Shown piece after piece: positions 40,208-53,700 of a stretch of DNA of 64,000 nt. Below the pieces are notes generated by a model, which saw nothing but the letters and a program-made list of their open reading frames with translations, was not told the origin of the DNA and made no database searches. The translations under genes and the position numbers were made by a program. Each line of letters begins with the position of its first letter. Position 1 is the stretch's first letter. The stretch comes from Macrostomum lignano (lineage: Eukaryota), in NCBI GenBank assembly GCA_002269645.1, contig NIVC01000412.1, forward strand, positions 62,001 through 126,000, in the 5' to 3' direction.

Positions 40208-41685
40208 GTTATGACTTATTCTCTTGCGGAAGACAGTGAGCAAATACCTCTTAATAATTGCTCTCTAAACCGAGCGTCTTATTTCATGTTATCGTAACAT
40301 TCTTTTTTTTCAAGCTTGAAGCATCGCTTCTTTAGCTCATGACTGGGTGTGTGTGCGACTGAGTCGTCTATGGCCACACCCAACAACTAAAACCTCTTCT
40401 CACTATAGTACAACCCCTACCAACTAGACTACAACCTCTTCCCACTATTCCACAACTCCTTCCCACTAGGCTACAGCCCCTTCTACCCCAAATTTTGTCA
40501 GTAGTTCCAAAATAGTTTTATACACTTTGTATTTAAATTTTTGTGTTTGGTTTTCCTCGGTGTGTTTTCTTACTCAGCAAATAAAAAAGTTCGTTGTAGC
40601 ATCGCTCTCACTAAATCAAATCTTAAGGCTCATTAACACTGCCCTCAAAGGAACCACTAAATCACACAACTAATTTTAAAAATAATCTAATTTGATTTAC
40701 AAGTTGCATTGTCACACGAAATTTGACCTTTTTGATAGCGATGTGAACGAGCCATGTAACAAGAACGAGGTCATTGACTTCAAACTGTGACCTTCAACCA
40801 TTTACAAGGTGATGAAGTAAAAAAATCTTCGTTGGGCCATTTTTACATTTCCTTTACAACAAAGTCGGATGAAGAACACTGGTTTTGACATAATCTTTAT
40901 CAGTGAGTCTTTCGCAGGTCAATGATTATTTTTAAATAAGCACCGACATCAAGGCACGAATGTAAGGCGATAACAGGAGAAAAAAGTCTACCATGAGCTG
41001 CGGGTCAGAGACTATTAGCAGCCGCATTGGCGTGTCGACTCGGATGACTTGGCCAATGTCTGTCTGGCTTTTTGCGATTTGCCCGGAAATTTGATGCCAA
41101 CTTTGACTGGCACCTGACAGCAGAAGAGGCTTTTTCATCCTGCATCACAATCACTGAGAGTAGCTTACAGATACTTTGTTTTTCCTGCTTCATAAATTGT
41201 CCAACAATAGACAAGGGTATCACAGGACCTTGGAAGATCCAAGCTGCCTGTCAATTGTCAATCAGATTTAGCCGTTGGCATCCGATTCTTTAATCGCCCA
41301 CATTCTATCTCACTCTAGACTGGCTCGTATTTTAACTCCCGGGATGTCATTTGACACATTGGCGTGATGGCGTTGCTTAAGTTTCACTTTTGCACCTAGG
41401 AGCAGACATTGATTGATCCGTGAGACCGCATCCTCCAAGTGACCAAGCATGAGGTATCCCTAATCCCTGTTGACAACAGAAGCCTTGGGCCACGCTTCAA
41501 CAAAATTTCTGATCTCACATGACAGCAGATTAACAACACATCAAAAAGGATATCCTTGATGCGAACTGCGCTGAATGGGCCTATTGAGTATAAATACCTG
41601 TTCTAGAACCCTGGAGAAATATGACTAGTCTGAAAAGTTTTCTTGAAGCCCGAACTTTTCAATCGATTCTCTAAAGTAACGAAAA

Positions 41686-43124
41686 ATGGATCGGGCCCCC
41701 CTTTCGCCGCCACCCGCCGAAGGCCCGGGCGTTGAGGCCACAATGCTTACGACCGTCAGCTTGTTCGCGAGCGTAGCCAACTTTGCGCTGTTCTTCGCCA
41801 TCGCCACCTACCTGCGACCCTGCCAGCCGCTGCAGTTGTTCACCGCGGCGCTTGCCTGCGTTGACTTCTTTACCGCAGTCGTGTACATCCCGTGTTACAC
41901 TTTTTTCGTCCTGACAACTTCGAGTCGAGGCTACAACTGGGGATTCTGTCGGGGCGTTCAGCCAGCATTCCTCGCTGCCGCAGGTCTCAGTGCCAGCTTC
42001 CGCATGCTGATGTCGCTCAGCATTCACAAGCGCCTTCGCGGCCCAGCAGCCGCTCAGGGAAGTAGTGGTAGCGGCGGAGATGCAAAGCGCAGAAGCTGCT
42101 GCCAGAAACGATGTCGTCACCCCTTGGCTCTTGTGAGCTGCCTGGTGGCCCTGCTGCTCAACTCGGGCCTGTTCGCCGCGCCAGCAGCTGCTCTCGGCAC
42201 CGCCGCTGCTCCGGGCTTCTTTCCCGACAATGGCGTCTGCAATGGCGCCGAGCTGGACGGCGATAGCCGATCGAATTCGACGCGCAGTGTGGTGAGCTTC
42301 TTGAGCTTCGACAGCAACAATCTTGTCAGCCAGATGTGGCGCCTGACATGCCTGTCACTGCTGATTGGTCAGACGGGCCTGGCGGCGCTCTACCTGTGCC
42401 ACGTAACAGCCGCAGTGGCTCGGGGCGAGCGGGCATTCAGCCAGCTTCAGCAACTGCAGCGTCAGCGTCTCCGACGCCACCTGATGGCGAACGCCACGAA
42501 GGCGGTAGCGCCGGCTAAACATCGGGCGGCTCACTTCCGTCGGGCGAGGCGCGTCCTGCTGGCGCTCCTTCTGGGACACGTGTGCTGGCTGCCGCTTGTG
42601 AGTTTGCTTGGAGCACATTTTAGTTCCCTTGGAGTAATAATGTTGACAGAAACTTCAAATAGTTCATATTACTTAGATCTGAACTATCACAAATAGATTG
42701 CCTCTGATGGAATTCGGGGAGCCTATCAATTACCACACTGAAGTTCGATTGTTATCAACTCTCCAACCAGGTGCTTCTTGCGCTGCTGGATCCTGAGCTG
42801 GTCCGGTCGCCGAGGTGGCTGCAGAGGGCGGCGATTCACCCGGCACTGCTGAGCTGCCTGGCCAACCCCGCCATGTCGCTGCTGGCTCTGCGCTCGGTGC
42901 GCGAAGCGTTCGCAGCCTTCATCACCTGCCGATGCCTCCAGCTGATGGGCCGACGCACCGACGACAATTTCAGTAGTAACAGCCGCAGTCAGGGAAACGA
43001 CGGAGGTCAGCAACCGCGGCGACGGCAACCTCGCCAGCGCCAGCCGTCGTGGCAGCCAAGGTGCATCCACGATGGGTGCCAGTCGAAGACGCAGACGGTG
43101 CAGATGCAAGAAGCCGCAGTCTGA
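41686..43124 (+). CDS. Orphan rhodopsin-like (class A) GPCR, two exons, ~421 aa
   Basis: Exons 41686-42597 and 42771-43124 (phase 0, GTGAGT..CCAG). Seven hydrophobic segments; LACVD (TM2), Cys at top of TM3, CWLP (TM6), SCLANP (TM7). Confidence 0.85.
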
Positions 43125-46100
43125 TTGCGGACACAGCGGACGCTCAATGTCCGCTTCAACTGGTGAACACACGCTAAGTCGACTGCGGCCTTTAAGGAGT
43201 GTCGATTCATTTGTCTTTCTCTGAATGTTTGTGTTCGCTTCAGTGCGCACTCGGTCTTGGGTAGGAGTCACTGGGGACTCGCTGGTCAGTTTCGAGTTAC
43301 CAACCCTATGAGCTATCATCAGCTTATGAATAATTAAAAATTAACGTGGGAATCAATCTTTTATAATTGGCTTGGTTGCTACTTGATAGCTGAGACGGAA
43401 AGAAAACTGCCGGCTTGGATCCTCTTACGAGCGTAGCTCAGACTTCAGATTGCTTGAGTACCGTCTTTTAATGCTCACGGTGCTCCTAGTCTCTTGATAG
43501 GGAGCTCAAAAAGCTTAGTGGAACCACATGGTCAGGTCTTCTAGACAGCTTAGGGTACACATAAGAGTGGTTTTGCGTGCTGCGAAGAATAATTATGATG
43601 GAGCAGGATTACGTTTCCAGGGTTCTCCTGAAAGTCACGTGATTGAAGACGCCAGTGCAGTGCATAGGCGCCGAGGAAAAAAATAGAATCTATGAATTTT
43701 GTGGGAGTTTTCAATTAAAAAATCTTGAGAGCAGTTGCTCTATTGCTTTGTCAATGATATTAGTCTAGGCCGGTAAATTCACGATCTGAAACACTTTCCG
43801 GAGAAATTACCTTTATTTTATTGGTTTTGTTCATTCCCCATCAACCTAAAACGCGTCATAAAACACATGGATAGGACTGGACTGTTTTTTTTTGTTGTAT
43901 CGACTACTCCTCAAAAGCCAATCGCGTGTGGCATACATGTACTTGATCGATTGCAATATTTGTGTTCCTCTGACTAATTTTTTCATTGATCATTTTTGCA
44001 CCCACAGAACTATAGCAACTCTGGAAGTGCCGGTGACTCCGGGGACAACGACGGATGGCAACCAGCTGTTAGCGACTTGTCTTCTGGCTACTCAAGTGGA
44101 AGATTTGTGGACTTTGTCTTTTTGAGTGACTTGAAAGCTTATAGTACACCATATTAGCTCTCGTAGTCTTGTTGTTTTTTGACCTTTTATACTCGATTTC
44201 ATCCAGGAAAAAATCGTCATTTCTGGTGTTTTTAGTTAGCTACAGTGTATTCAAGTTATCCGCCAGTATTTCCAATAAATTAAAAATTAACGAAGTTAAA
44301 AAACGAGTAGGGTTAGGGTTAGGGACCATTTGACACGCCACTTTTCAAGACAGTCAATTGATAATAAGTCAACTCTTTCGGAACAGTTATGTATTCATTA
44401 TTTAAAATTCTTTATTATCAACTATCAATCTTAGCTAAGGAGTCCAAATATGCAAGCAAGTGAATTTGTATGCTGCCTCAAACGTCAGTGTTTTGAGATT
44501 CTGAATGATATTTCCTGGCAGCTCTGGCAGTGTTAACCGACTTCTATTAGGGAGAAAGTACCCTGACAATGGTCTTCGCAAAGTTTCAGCTAAAGTTCGT
44601 TCTTGTACAAACATTATGCCTCGATTCAAGCAAAGGTTTTTTGAAAAATAAAAAATGCACCAGACTACTACATAAATATTTTCCTGTTTGGCATGTCAAT
44701 AGATTAGTATCACACACAGTCTCAAAGGTTTCCGGCACGCTGTTACAAATAAACTGTTTGAAAGGATCCCTGGATTTTACTAAAAATCTTTGGAAACTTA
44801 TCAGTGAATATCAACTTATTAAGCAGCCAATACTTTCTGAAATTCATTGGTACACTACTTAAAGTAGCGTGCTTTGCTTTGCATGTGAATCATTAGGATA
44901 AATAAGAAATTTGAATGAAAATTTTTGATATTACCATCTAGATTTGAAAAGCAATACAACTGAAAACCGGTGAAACTGTTCGTCTCGGGCATGTTTCGGG
45001 CTTTTATCATGTTAAAGGGTCAACAAGACAGGAGAAAACTATGACTAAGATTAGATGATGACCAGACTGAATGAGTCGAATTTTCAAGGTAGCAAAACAG
45101 AAAAATAGAAAATACGAGCTATTACTCGTATTCAGAAGAAAGTCAAACTTGAGCTAAATTAACACAGCTTTCTGTCTGCACAAGAGAAGTGCCACGCCTT
45201 GGTTTCACAAAAGCATTGGCATAGTCATAATTGTCTTCTTTTGTCTGCACCGAATTTTCATAGCCTCGTTGCAATATGGTTTCGCTGCTCCTTTTTTACA
45301 CTTCTTTTTTGTCAGTTAGTCCGCTGTCTGATAACTTTGGTAGTTGCCGCGCTTTTTTGTCCTCTCGTGAGTTGAGCAGACCGCAGCCTCGGATGACCCC
45401 CCGCGTCTCTGCCCCCACACGCTGCAAAGCTACGCAAACAGAGACCCCCCCTAGCCGAAAGGGGGCAGAGAAGGGGTGGCTGAAGGCGCGTCAACATTCA
45501 TTAAAGAACGATGAATGGTGAATTTACTCACATAATCTTTTCTAAGGGCTTGACCAAAAACTTTCAAGAATATGGCAATTAAACCTTAAACATATGATGC
45601 GACCTATTTTGATTTTTAAAGAGTCCACGTAAAATAAACTTTTTTCAAACGCACCAAACTGAAATCTGATGGATATCACGAGCCTGATTATTAGAAATTC
45701 TGAAGTGTCTTAGCCTTGCTTGATCACGCGGTCATCTGGATAGTTTTAGCACAAACTACTGCAGCGATTGCATGGTCTTGTAAAGAGAATCTGCATGGAA
45801 TGTTTAAACTTAATCCAAAGTGCAACATTCCCCTCCATGCAGCTGTTGCGCACAAATTTTCTAATAAAAAAGATAAATAATTCGCCAGGTAACTCAGAAT
45901 GAAAAAATGCGTGTTTCTAATTTTAGACGGTCAAATTATTTACCTAAGGCGAGAGACTCCATCAAAAGCGGAGTGCTTGCCGCTTCGCTCATCACCCTGA
46001 CCCACCCAGTTTGTCGCACCGCCAACTCCCACCCCACCTGCGGCTCTGCAGTCAGCTTTGAGTATCTCTGTAAGATTGAGGCGGAGGGTTGGTCAAATTA

Positions 46101-46376
46101 GCCGCTCACTCGCTGAGCAGTCGCCGGCTGCGAGACTGAAGCTCTCGGTCGGACCTCTAATTTCTTTTCTAGCGCGCCTATTGTCAGTGCGCATTTGTAC
46201 ACACAATCCTGCCAGCCATTCAGTTTTTTATCCCCCCCCCGGCCCCACCCAGCGCGGCACAAAAGCGCAAAGCGGCAGAGCGCGTGAGGCGGACTAACGA
46301 ACTGCGTTTTCGTTTAGCGTTGTCAGCCTTCCCGATCTGCGTTCGGCATTCGGCATTCATCGATTTCACCTGAGCG

Positions 46377-47552
46377 ATGCTTCGTTGCGGCCAGGCTCCG
46401 TGGGCTCGGACCAGTTGCTGGGTCGTTCTGCTTCTGGTTTCTTCACGAGTTCCAGGTGAGAACAGAGCTGCTGAGTAGCTCGGTGATTACACCGTGTCTG
46501 ACTGACGCAGCAAAGTACCAAGTTCGATTTTGTACGCGAAACTGAAGGCACAATGAACCAGGGGTTCGTGCGAGTCACGCCAATGACAGCCGACCCTCAA
46601 GGCAACGGCCTGACAATTAGGAGTAAGTCAGCGCCGCGGTGCACCCTGCTTGAGCGTGTGCCTGGGTACATTTTCCGTCTCAGGGTCAGCGGAATGGGCC
46701 TGACTGCTGCCCTGGCTGGGGGTTTAAGTGTCGCATGGATGCGACTACGAGTACTCAACTTGCGTAGTGCTAAGCGCTTTAAGTTCTCCGCTAGAGTAGA
46801 CTGCCCTGACTTTAAAATATAGATATAGATTACTCAATCTGTCTTTTAGAGCTTAACAGTTGTCAATCGGCTTAAAACCCAAACTGTAGGAAGCTATTTA
46901 TATAAAATTTAAATAAAGTTGATCCCAGAAATTAGGCAGATATTGGGCCTTGACTTACTCTCAGCGACAGCCAACCCCATCCCCGTCCCTTGCTGGGTGC
47001 CGCGGGTCAGCAGAGTTGCGTAACAGCCACAGCGCCTCAGCAGAAGGCTGCGGCAGTAAAGTGCATCGTATCACACAAAGGTGCACATACAGACAGTCTC
47101 TCAACAGAAGTCAGTAGCGGATGTACGCGCCCCGCGAACTCGAAGCAGGGCAGCAACTCTGCTTTCTGAGCACGAGACTGTTAATGCTGTCCTGCGGCGG
47201 ATTCTGCTGCTGCCGGGTCGTCTTCGGCGCAGCCAAGGTGATACGCAAGCGCTTCGCAAGAAGTGCCAGCTTCAGCCATTCCGACAGCTCGCAGCTTTTT
47301 AGCATCCGTCATGTGACTCACCATTTCAATCGCAATCACTGACTGCAACATTCGTGCATTTTTACTGCCACCTGCTAGAGATGAGAGGTGGCTGTTATGC
47401 AACTCTGCTGAGCGCGGCACCCAGCAACCCGCGCCACGCCGGGCCTGAGTACAGTATTGGCGCGCTTGCGTGTGCTCAGGAGTCGGGGAAGCGGGCAGAA
47501 GTTCTTCAGCACTTGTTGTGGGAAGATGCACCGAAGTCTTTGCGGCAGTATG
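46377..47552 (+). other. Candidate 5' exons of mucin/SEA protein 2 (signal-like exon 46377-46455; lectin-like exon ~47354-47552)
   Basis: MLRCGQAPWARTSCWVVLLLVSSRVP followed by a GTGAG donor; GGCY...A..C...(K)RAEV resembles a CTLD start and ends in GTAAG. I could not join these in phase with each other or with the mucin exon. Confidence 0.3.
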
Positions 47553-47791
47553 TAAGCAGCCCTCCTGTGAATATTACTTGACCAGGCAATCAATGGCGGT
47601 AAAGTGCACCGGCCTAGTTATGACTAGACCAGGGCACATATGTGATGCTTCCTAAAATATGGCAACAGCATGTCGAAGTCCTTTAATTCAGTACGCTGCT
47701 ATTTCATTATCCTGATATCATTATTTGATATCCTTGTAAACGATTCAATTCGATTTGATTAGCCGCACCCGGATTACGCCATACTTTTCAG

Positions 47792-50700
47792 ATGTCCAGA
47801 GTCAAACAACCGTAGGAAAAGCATGCTTCTGCGCCAACTCAACATCGAAATATTTGACTCAAGCACCCAGCGCATCTACAACGCCCGCCACTGCCACCTT
47901 AAGCACAGGAGAAACAGCAGGATTTACAAACCCATCGACAACATCCACAGCTGAACCAGTGACTCCGGCAACGGGAGCGACTCCCGGAACAGGTGCCACT
48001 GCAGGAACTGGAGCCACTACTAAAAGTGGAGCCCCACCAGGAACAGATGCTACCGCGAGTACCGGAACTACATCTGGAGCAGGCGCCACTGAAGCCACTG
48101 GAGCGACTGCAGGTACCGGATCGACACCTGCAACAGGAGCCACTGCTGAAACTGGAGCGACTGCAGGTACCGGATCGACACCTGGAGCAGGAGCTACTGA
48201 GGCAACGGGAGCGACTGCAGGTACAGGGTCCACACCTGCAACAGGAGCCACTGCTGAAACTGGAGCGACAGCAGGTACCGGATCGACACCTGAAGCAGGA
48301 GCTACAGAGGCAACGGGAGCGACTGCAGGTACAGGGTCCACACCTGGAGCAGGAGCTACTGCTGAAACTGGAGCGACTGCAGGTACCGGATTGACATCTG
48401 CAACAGGAGCCATTGCTGAAACTGGAGCGACTGCAGGTACCGGATCGACACCTGGAGCAGGAGCCACTGCTGAAACTGGAGCGACTGCAGGTACCGGATT
48501 GACATCTGCAACAGGAGCCACTGCTGAAACTGGAGCGACTGCAGGTACCGGATCGACACCTGGAGCAGGAGCTACTGAGGCAACGGGAGCGACTGCAGGT
48601 ACCGGGTCCACACCTGCAACAGGAGCCACTGCTGAAACTGGAGCGACTGCAAGTACCCGATCGACACCTAGAGCAGGAGCTACTGAGGCAACGGGAGCGA
48701 CTGCAGGTACAGGGTCCACACCTGGAGCAGGAGCTACTGAGACAACGGGAGCGACTGCAGGTACCGGATCGACACCTGCAACAGGGGCCACTGCTGAAAC
48801 TGGAGCGACTGCAGGTACCGGATCGACACCTGGAGCAGGAGCTACTGAGGCAACGGGAGCGACTGCAGGTACAGGGTCCACACCTGGAGCAGGAGCTACG
48901 GAGGCAACGGGAGCCACTGCAGGTACAGGGTCCACACCTGGAGCAGGAGTTACTGAGACAACGGGAGCGACTGCAGGTACCGGATCGACACCTGGAGCAG
49001 GAGCTACAGAGGCAACGGGAGCGACTGCAAGTACAGGGTCCACACCTGGAGCAGGAGCTACTGCTGAAACTGGAGCGACTGCAGGTACCGGATTGACATC
49101 TGCAACAGGAGCCACTGCTGAAACTGGAGCGACTGCAGGTACCGGATCGACACCTGGAGCAGGAGCCACTGCTGAAACTGGAGCGACTGCAGGTACCGGA
49201 TTGACATCTGCAACAGGAGCCACTGCTGAAACTGGAGCGACTGCAGGTACCGGATCGACACCTGGAGCAGGAGCTACTGAGGCAACGGGAGCGACTGCAG
49301 GTACCGGGTCCACACCTGCAACAGGAGCCACTGCTGAAACTGGAGCGACTGCAAGTACCCGATCGACACCTAGAGCAGGAGCTACTGAGGCAACGGGAGC
49401 GACTGCAGGTACAGGGTCCACACCTGGAGCAGGAGCTACTGAGACAACGGGAGCGACTGCAGGTACCGGATCGACACCTGCAACAGGGCCACTGCTGAAA
49501 CTGGAGCGACTGCAGGTACCGGATCGACACCTGGAGCAGGAGCTACTGAGGCGACGGGAGCGACTGCAGGTACAGGGTCCACACCTGGAGCAGGAGCTAC
49601 GGAGGCAACGGGAGCCACTGCAGGTACAGGGTCCACACCTGGAGCAGGAGCTACTGAGACAACGGGAGCGACTGCAGGTACCGGATCGACACCTGGAGCA
49701 GGAGCTACTGAGGCAACGGGAGCGACTGCAGGTACCGGATCGACACCTGCAACAGGAGCTACTGCTGAGACTGGAGCGACTGCCGGTGCCGGATCGACAC
49801 CTGGAGCAGGAGCTACTGCTGAAACTGGAGCGACTGCAGGTACCGGATTGACATCTGCAACAGGAGCCACTGCTGAAACTGGAGCGACTGCAGGTACCGG
49901 ATCGACACCTGGAGCAGGAGCTACAGAGGCAACGGGAGCGACTGCAGGTACAGGGTCCACACCTGGAGCAGGAGCTACTGAGACAACGGGAGCGACTGCA
50001 GGTACCGGATCGACACCTGCAACAGGAGCCACTGCTGAAACTGGAGCGACTGCAGGTACCGGATTGACATCTGCAACAGGAGCCACTGCTGAAACTGGAG
50101 CGACTGCAGGTACAGGGTCCACACCTGGAGCAGGAGCTACTGAGACAACGGGAGCGACTGCAGGTACCGGATCGACACCTGCAACAGGAGCCACTGCTGA
50201 AACTGGAGCGACTGCAGGTACCGGATTGACATCTGCAACAGGAGCCACTGCTGAAACTGGAGCGACTGCAGGAACTGGATCGACACCTGGAGCAGGAGCT
50301 ACAGAGGCAACGGGAGCGACTGCAGGTACAGGGTCCACACCTGCAACAGGAGCCACTGCTGAAACTGGAGCGACTGCAAGTACCCGATCGACACCTAGAG
50401 CAGGAGCTACTGAGGCAACGGGAGCGACTGCAGGTACCGGATCGACACCTGCAACAGGAGCTACTGCTGAGACTGGAGCGACTGCCGGTGCCGGATCGAC
50501 ACCTGGAGCAGGAGCTACTGCTGAAACTGGAGCGACTGCAGGTACCGGATTGACATCTGCAACAGGAGCCACTGCTGAAACTGGAGCGACTGCAGGAACT
50601 GGATCGACACCTGGAGCAGGAGCTACAGAGGCAACGGGAGCGACTGCAGGTACAGGGTCCACACCTGCAACAGGAGCCACTGCTGAAACTGGAGCGACTG

Positions 50701-53700
50701 CAAGTACCCGATCGACACCTAGAGCAGGAGCTACTGGGACAACGGGAGCGACTGCAGGTACCGGATCGACACCTGGAGCAGGAGCTACTGAGGCAACGGG
50801 AGCGACTGCAGGTACCGGATCGACACTTGCAACAGGAGCTACTGCTGAGACTGGAGCGACTGCCGGTGCCGGATCGACACCTGGAGCAGGAGCTACTGCT
50901 GAAACTGGAGCGACTGCAGGTACCGGATTGACATCTGCAACAGGAGCCACTGCTGAAACTGGAGCGACTGCAGGTACCGGATCGACACCTGGAGCAGGAG
51001 CTACAGAGGCAACGGGAGCGACTGCAGGTACAGGGTCCACACCTGGAGCAGGAGCTACTGAGACAACGGGAGCGACTGCAGGTACCGGATCGACACCTGC
51101 AACAGGGGCCACTGCTGAAACTGGAGCGACTGCAGGTACCGGATTGACATCTGCAACAGGAGCCACTGCTGAAACTGGAGCGACTGCAGGAACTGGATCG
51201 ACACCTGGAGCAGGAGTTACAGAGGCAACGGGAGCGACTGCAGGTACAGGGTCCACACCTGCAACAGGAGCCACTGCTGAAACTGGAGCGACTGCAAGTA
51301 CCCGATCGACACCTAGAGCAGGAGCTACTGAGGCAACGGGAGCGACTGCAGGTACAGGGTCCACACCTGGAGCAGGAGCTACTGAGACAACGGGAGCGAC
51401 TGCAGGTACCGGATCGACACCTGCAACAGGGGCCACTGCTGAAACTGGAGCGACTGCAGGTACCGGATTGACATCTGCAACAGGAGCCACTGCTGAAACT
51501 GGAGCGACTGCAGGTACCGGATCGACACCTGGAGCAGGAGCTACAGAGGCAACGGGAGCGACTGCAGGTACAGGGTCCACACCTGGAGCAGGAGCTACAG
51601 AGGCAACTGGAGCGACTGCAGGTACCGTGTCCACACCTGGAGCAGGAGCTACGGAGGCAACTGGAGCGACTGCAGGTACAGGGTCCACACCTGGAGCAGG
51701 AGCTACTGCTGAAACTGGAGCGACTGCAGGTACCGGATTGACATCTGCAACAGGAGCCACTGCTGAGACTGGTGCCACTGCAGGTACCGGATCGACACCT
51801 GCAACAGGAGCCACTGCTGAGACTGGAGCGACTGCAGGTACCGGATCGACACCTGGAGCAGGAGCTACTGAAGCCACCGGAGCGACTGCAGTTACCGAAA
51901 CGACGACTCGAACAGATTCTACTTCAGCATCTGGTGTTTCGGATGCCACTGGATCTACTATAGTTACTGCAACTGGAACTCAGGAAGCAGGATCTACTTT
52001 TCGTACGGGTGTTACTTCTGGAACCGGCACAGCAGAAACAACGGGAACAGAAATCACAGGAATTACAGTAATCTCAACTTTACCTGGAGGAGCCACAACT
52101 GTACCTGGAGGTGCCACGACTGTACCGGGAGAAGCCACAACTGTACCTGGAGGAGCCACGACTGCTGGTTTGGAACCCACAACTGTACCTGGAGGAGCCA
52201 CGACTTTATCTGGAGAAGCCACAACTGTACCTGGAGGAGCCACGACTGTACCTGGAGAAGCCACAACTGTACCTGGAGGAGCCACAACTCTACCTGGAGG
52301 AGCCACGACTGTACCTGGAGGAGCCACGACTGTACCTGGAGGAGCCACGACTGTACCTGGAGGAGCCACGACTGTACCTGGAGGAGCCACGACTGTACCT
52401 GGAGGAGCCACGACTGTACCTGGAGAAGCCACAACTTTACCTGGAGGAGCCACGACTGTACCTGGAGGAGCCACAACTGTACCTGGAGGAGCCACGACTG
52501 TACCTGGAGAAGCCACAACTGTACCTGGAGGAGCCACAACTCTACCTGGAGGAGCCACGACTGTACCTGGAGGAGCCACGACTGTACCTGGAGGAGCCAC
52601 GACTGTACCTGGAGGAGCCACGACTGTACCTGGAGAAGCCACAACTTTACCTGGAGGAGCCACGACTGTACCTGGAGAAGCCACAACTTTACCTGGAGGA
52701 GCCACGACTGTACCTGGAGGAGCCACGACTGCTGGTTTGGGAGGCACAACTGTACCTGGAGTTACCACTGTGGCAGAAAGGACGTCAATTACTTCAACAG
52801 TTAGCACTGTAGTCACTACTGAAACTTCAACAATACCTCCAACAACAACTCCAGGTAAGTTGATACTATTAATACCTATCTAGATAAGTAAGTTACTGTA
52901 TCCGCTGGGTAGCTGAGTGGAAAAAGACCTACAAGACCTACTTTTTCTTCAGGTTTTATTACGATGACCAACGTATCGCTGCTAAGCGATGTATTCGGAG
53001 ACAACGCATTCCGAAACTCAACAGAACCCTATACGTACAATGCGTCGACAAACCAGTTCACTGTTGGATCTGCATCCGAGCCAATTGTTGTTTTCGACTT
53101 GCTAATCGGGCCGACTGGTGACAAGTGCCGTTCGATGCCCTACATTGAGCAGGTTAGCATTTTTTTCGCTGGCTACCATTATAAACACTGCGTCTCTAGA
53201 TCACAGATACTAGAATAACTAGATGAGCCACTCAGCATATTTGCGTGTAAGCTACTTTCAGATTAGTAGTTAGTTAAGCTGAATCATTTTAATGTATTTT
53301 TAAAGACAAGGCCAATTACCCCAAGCTTAAACCCTCAAACTCCTCACAAAACCTCTGCCCCAGCCCCGCCACCCAATTTTTATTACCTTCCTCAGTTGTT
53401 CCTTGTGCATCTCAGTGGCTAATGTACACTATGGCTGAACCAATTAGCAAGCTGTTTACGTCTGCAAGCTGGGCTTATAAACTTATCAATGGCGTATCCG
53501 CTGCCTATATTCGTATAAGATAGCTTGTGTATTCTTCATTGCTACTGAAGTGAAAGTAGACAGCTGTTTTGCCAAGTATATGTGTTTGGGTGACCCATCT
53601 AGTTATTCTAGTATCTGTGGAATAACTATAGTATTTAGTATTCCAGTATCTGCTCTAGATTAACAAAGTAAGAGTAGCGTCAGAGAGTTTTGGCTAGAAT

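Noticed and set aside
44307-44325. Telomere or interstitial telomeric array
   Set aside because: Only about two TTAGGG units; too short to be meaningful.
47859-52816. Long antisense and alternate-frame ORFs (520, 543, 837, 278, 233, 228 aa)
   Set aside because: By-products of stop-free coding repeats; only the Thr-rich plus frame connects to splice sites and paralog homology.
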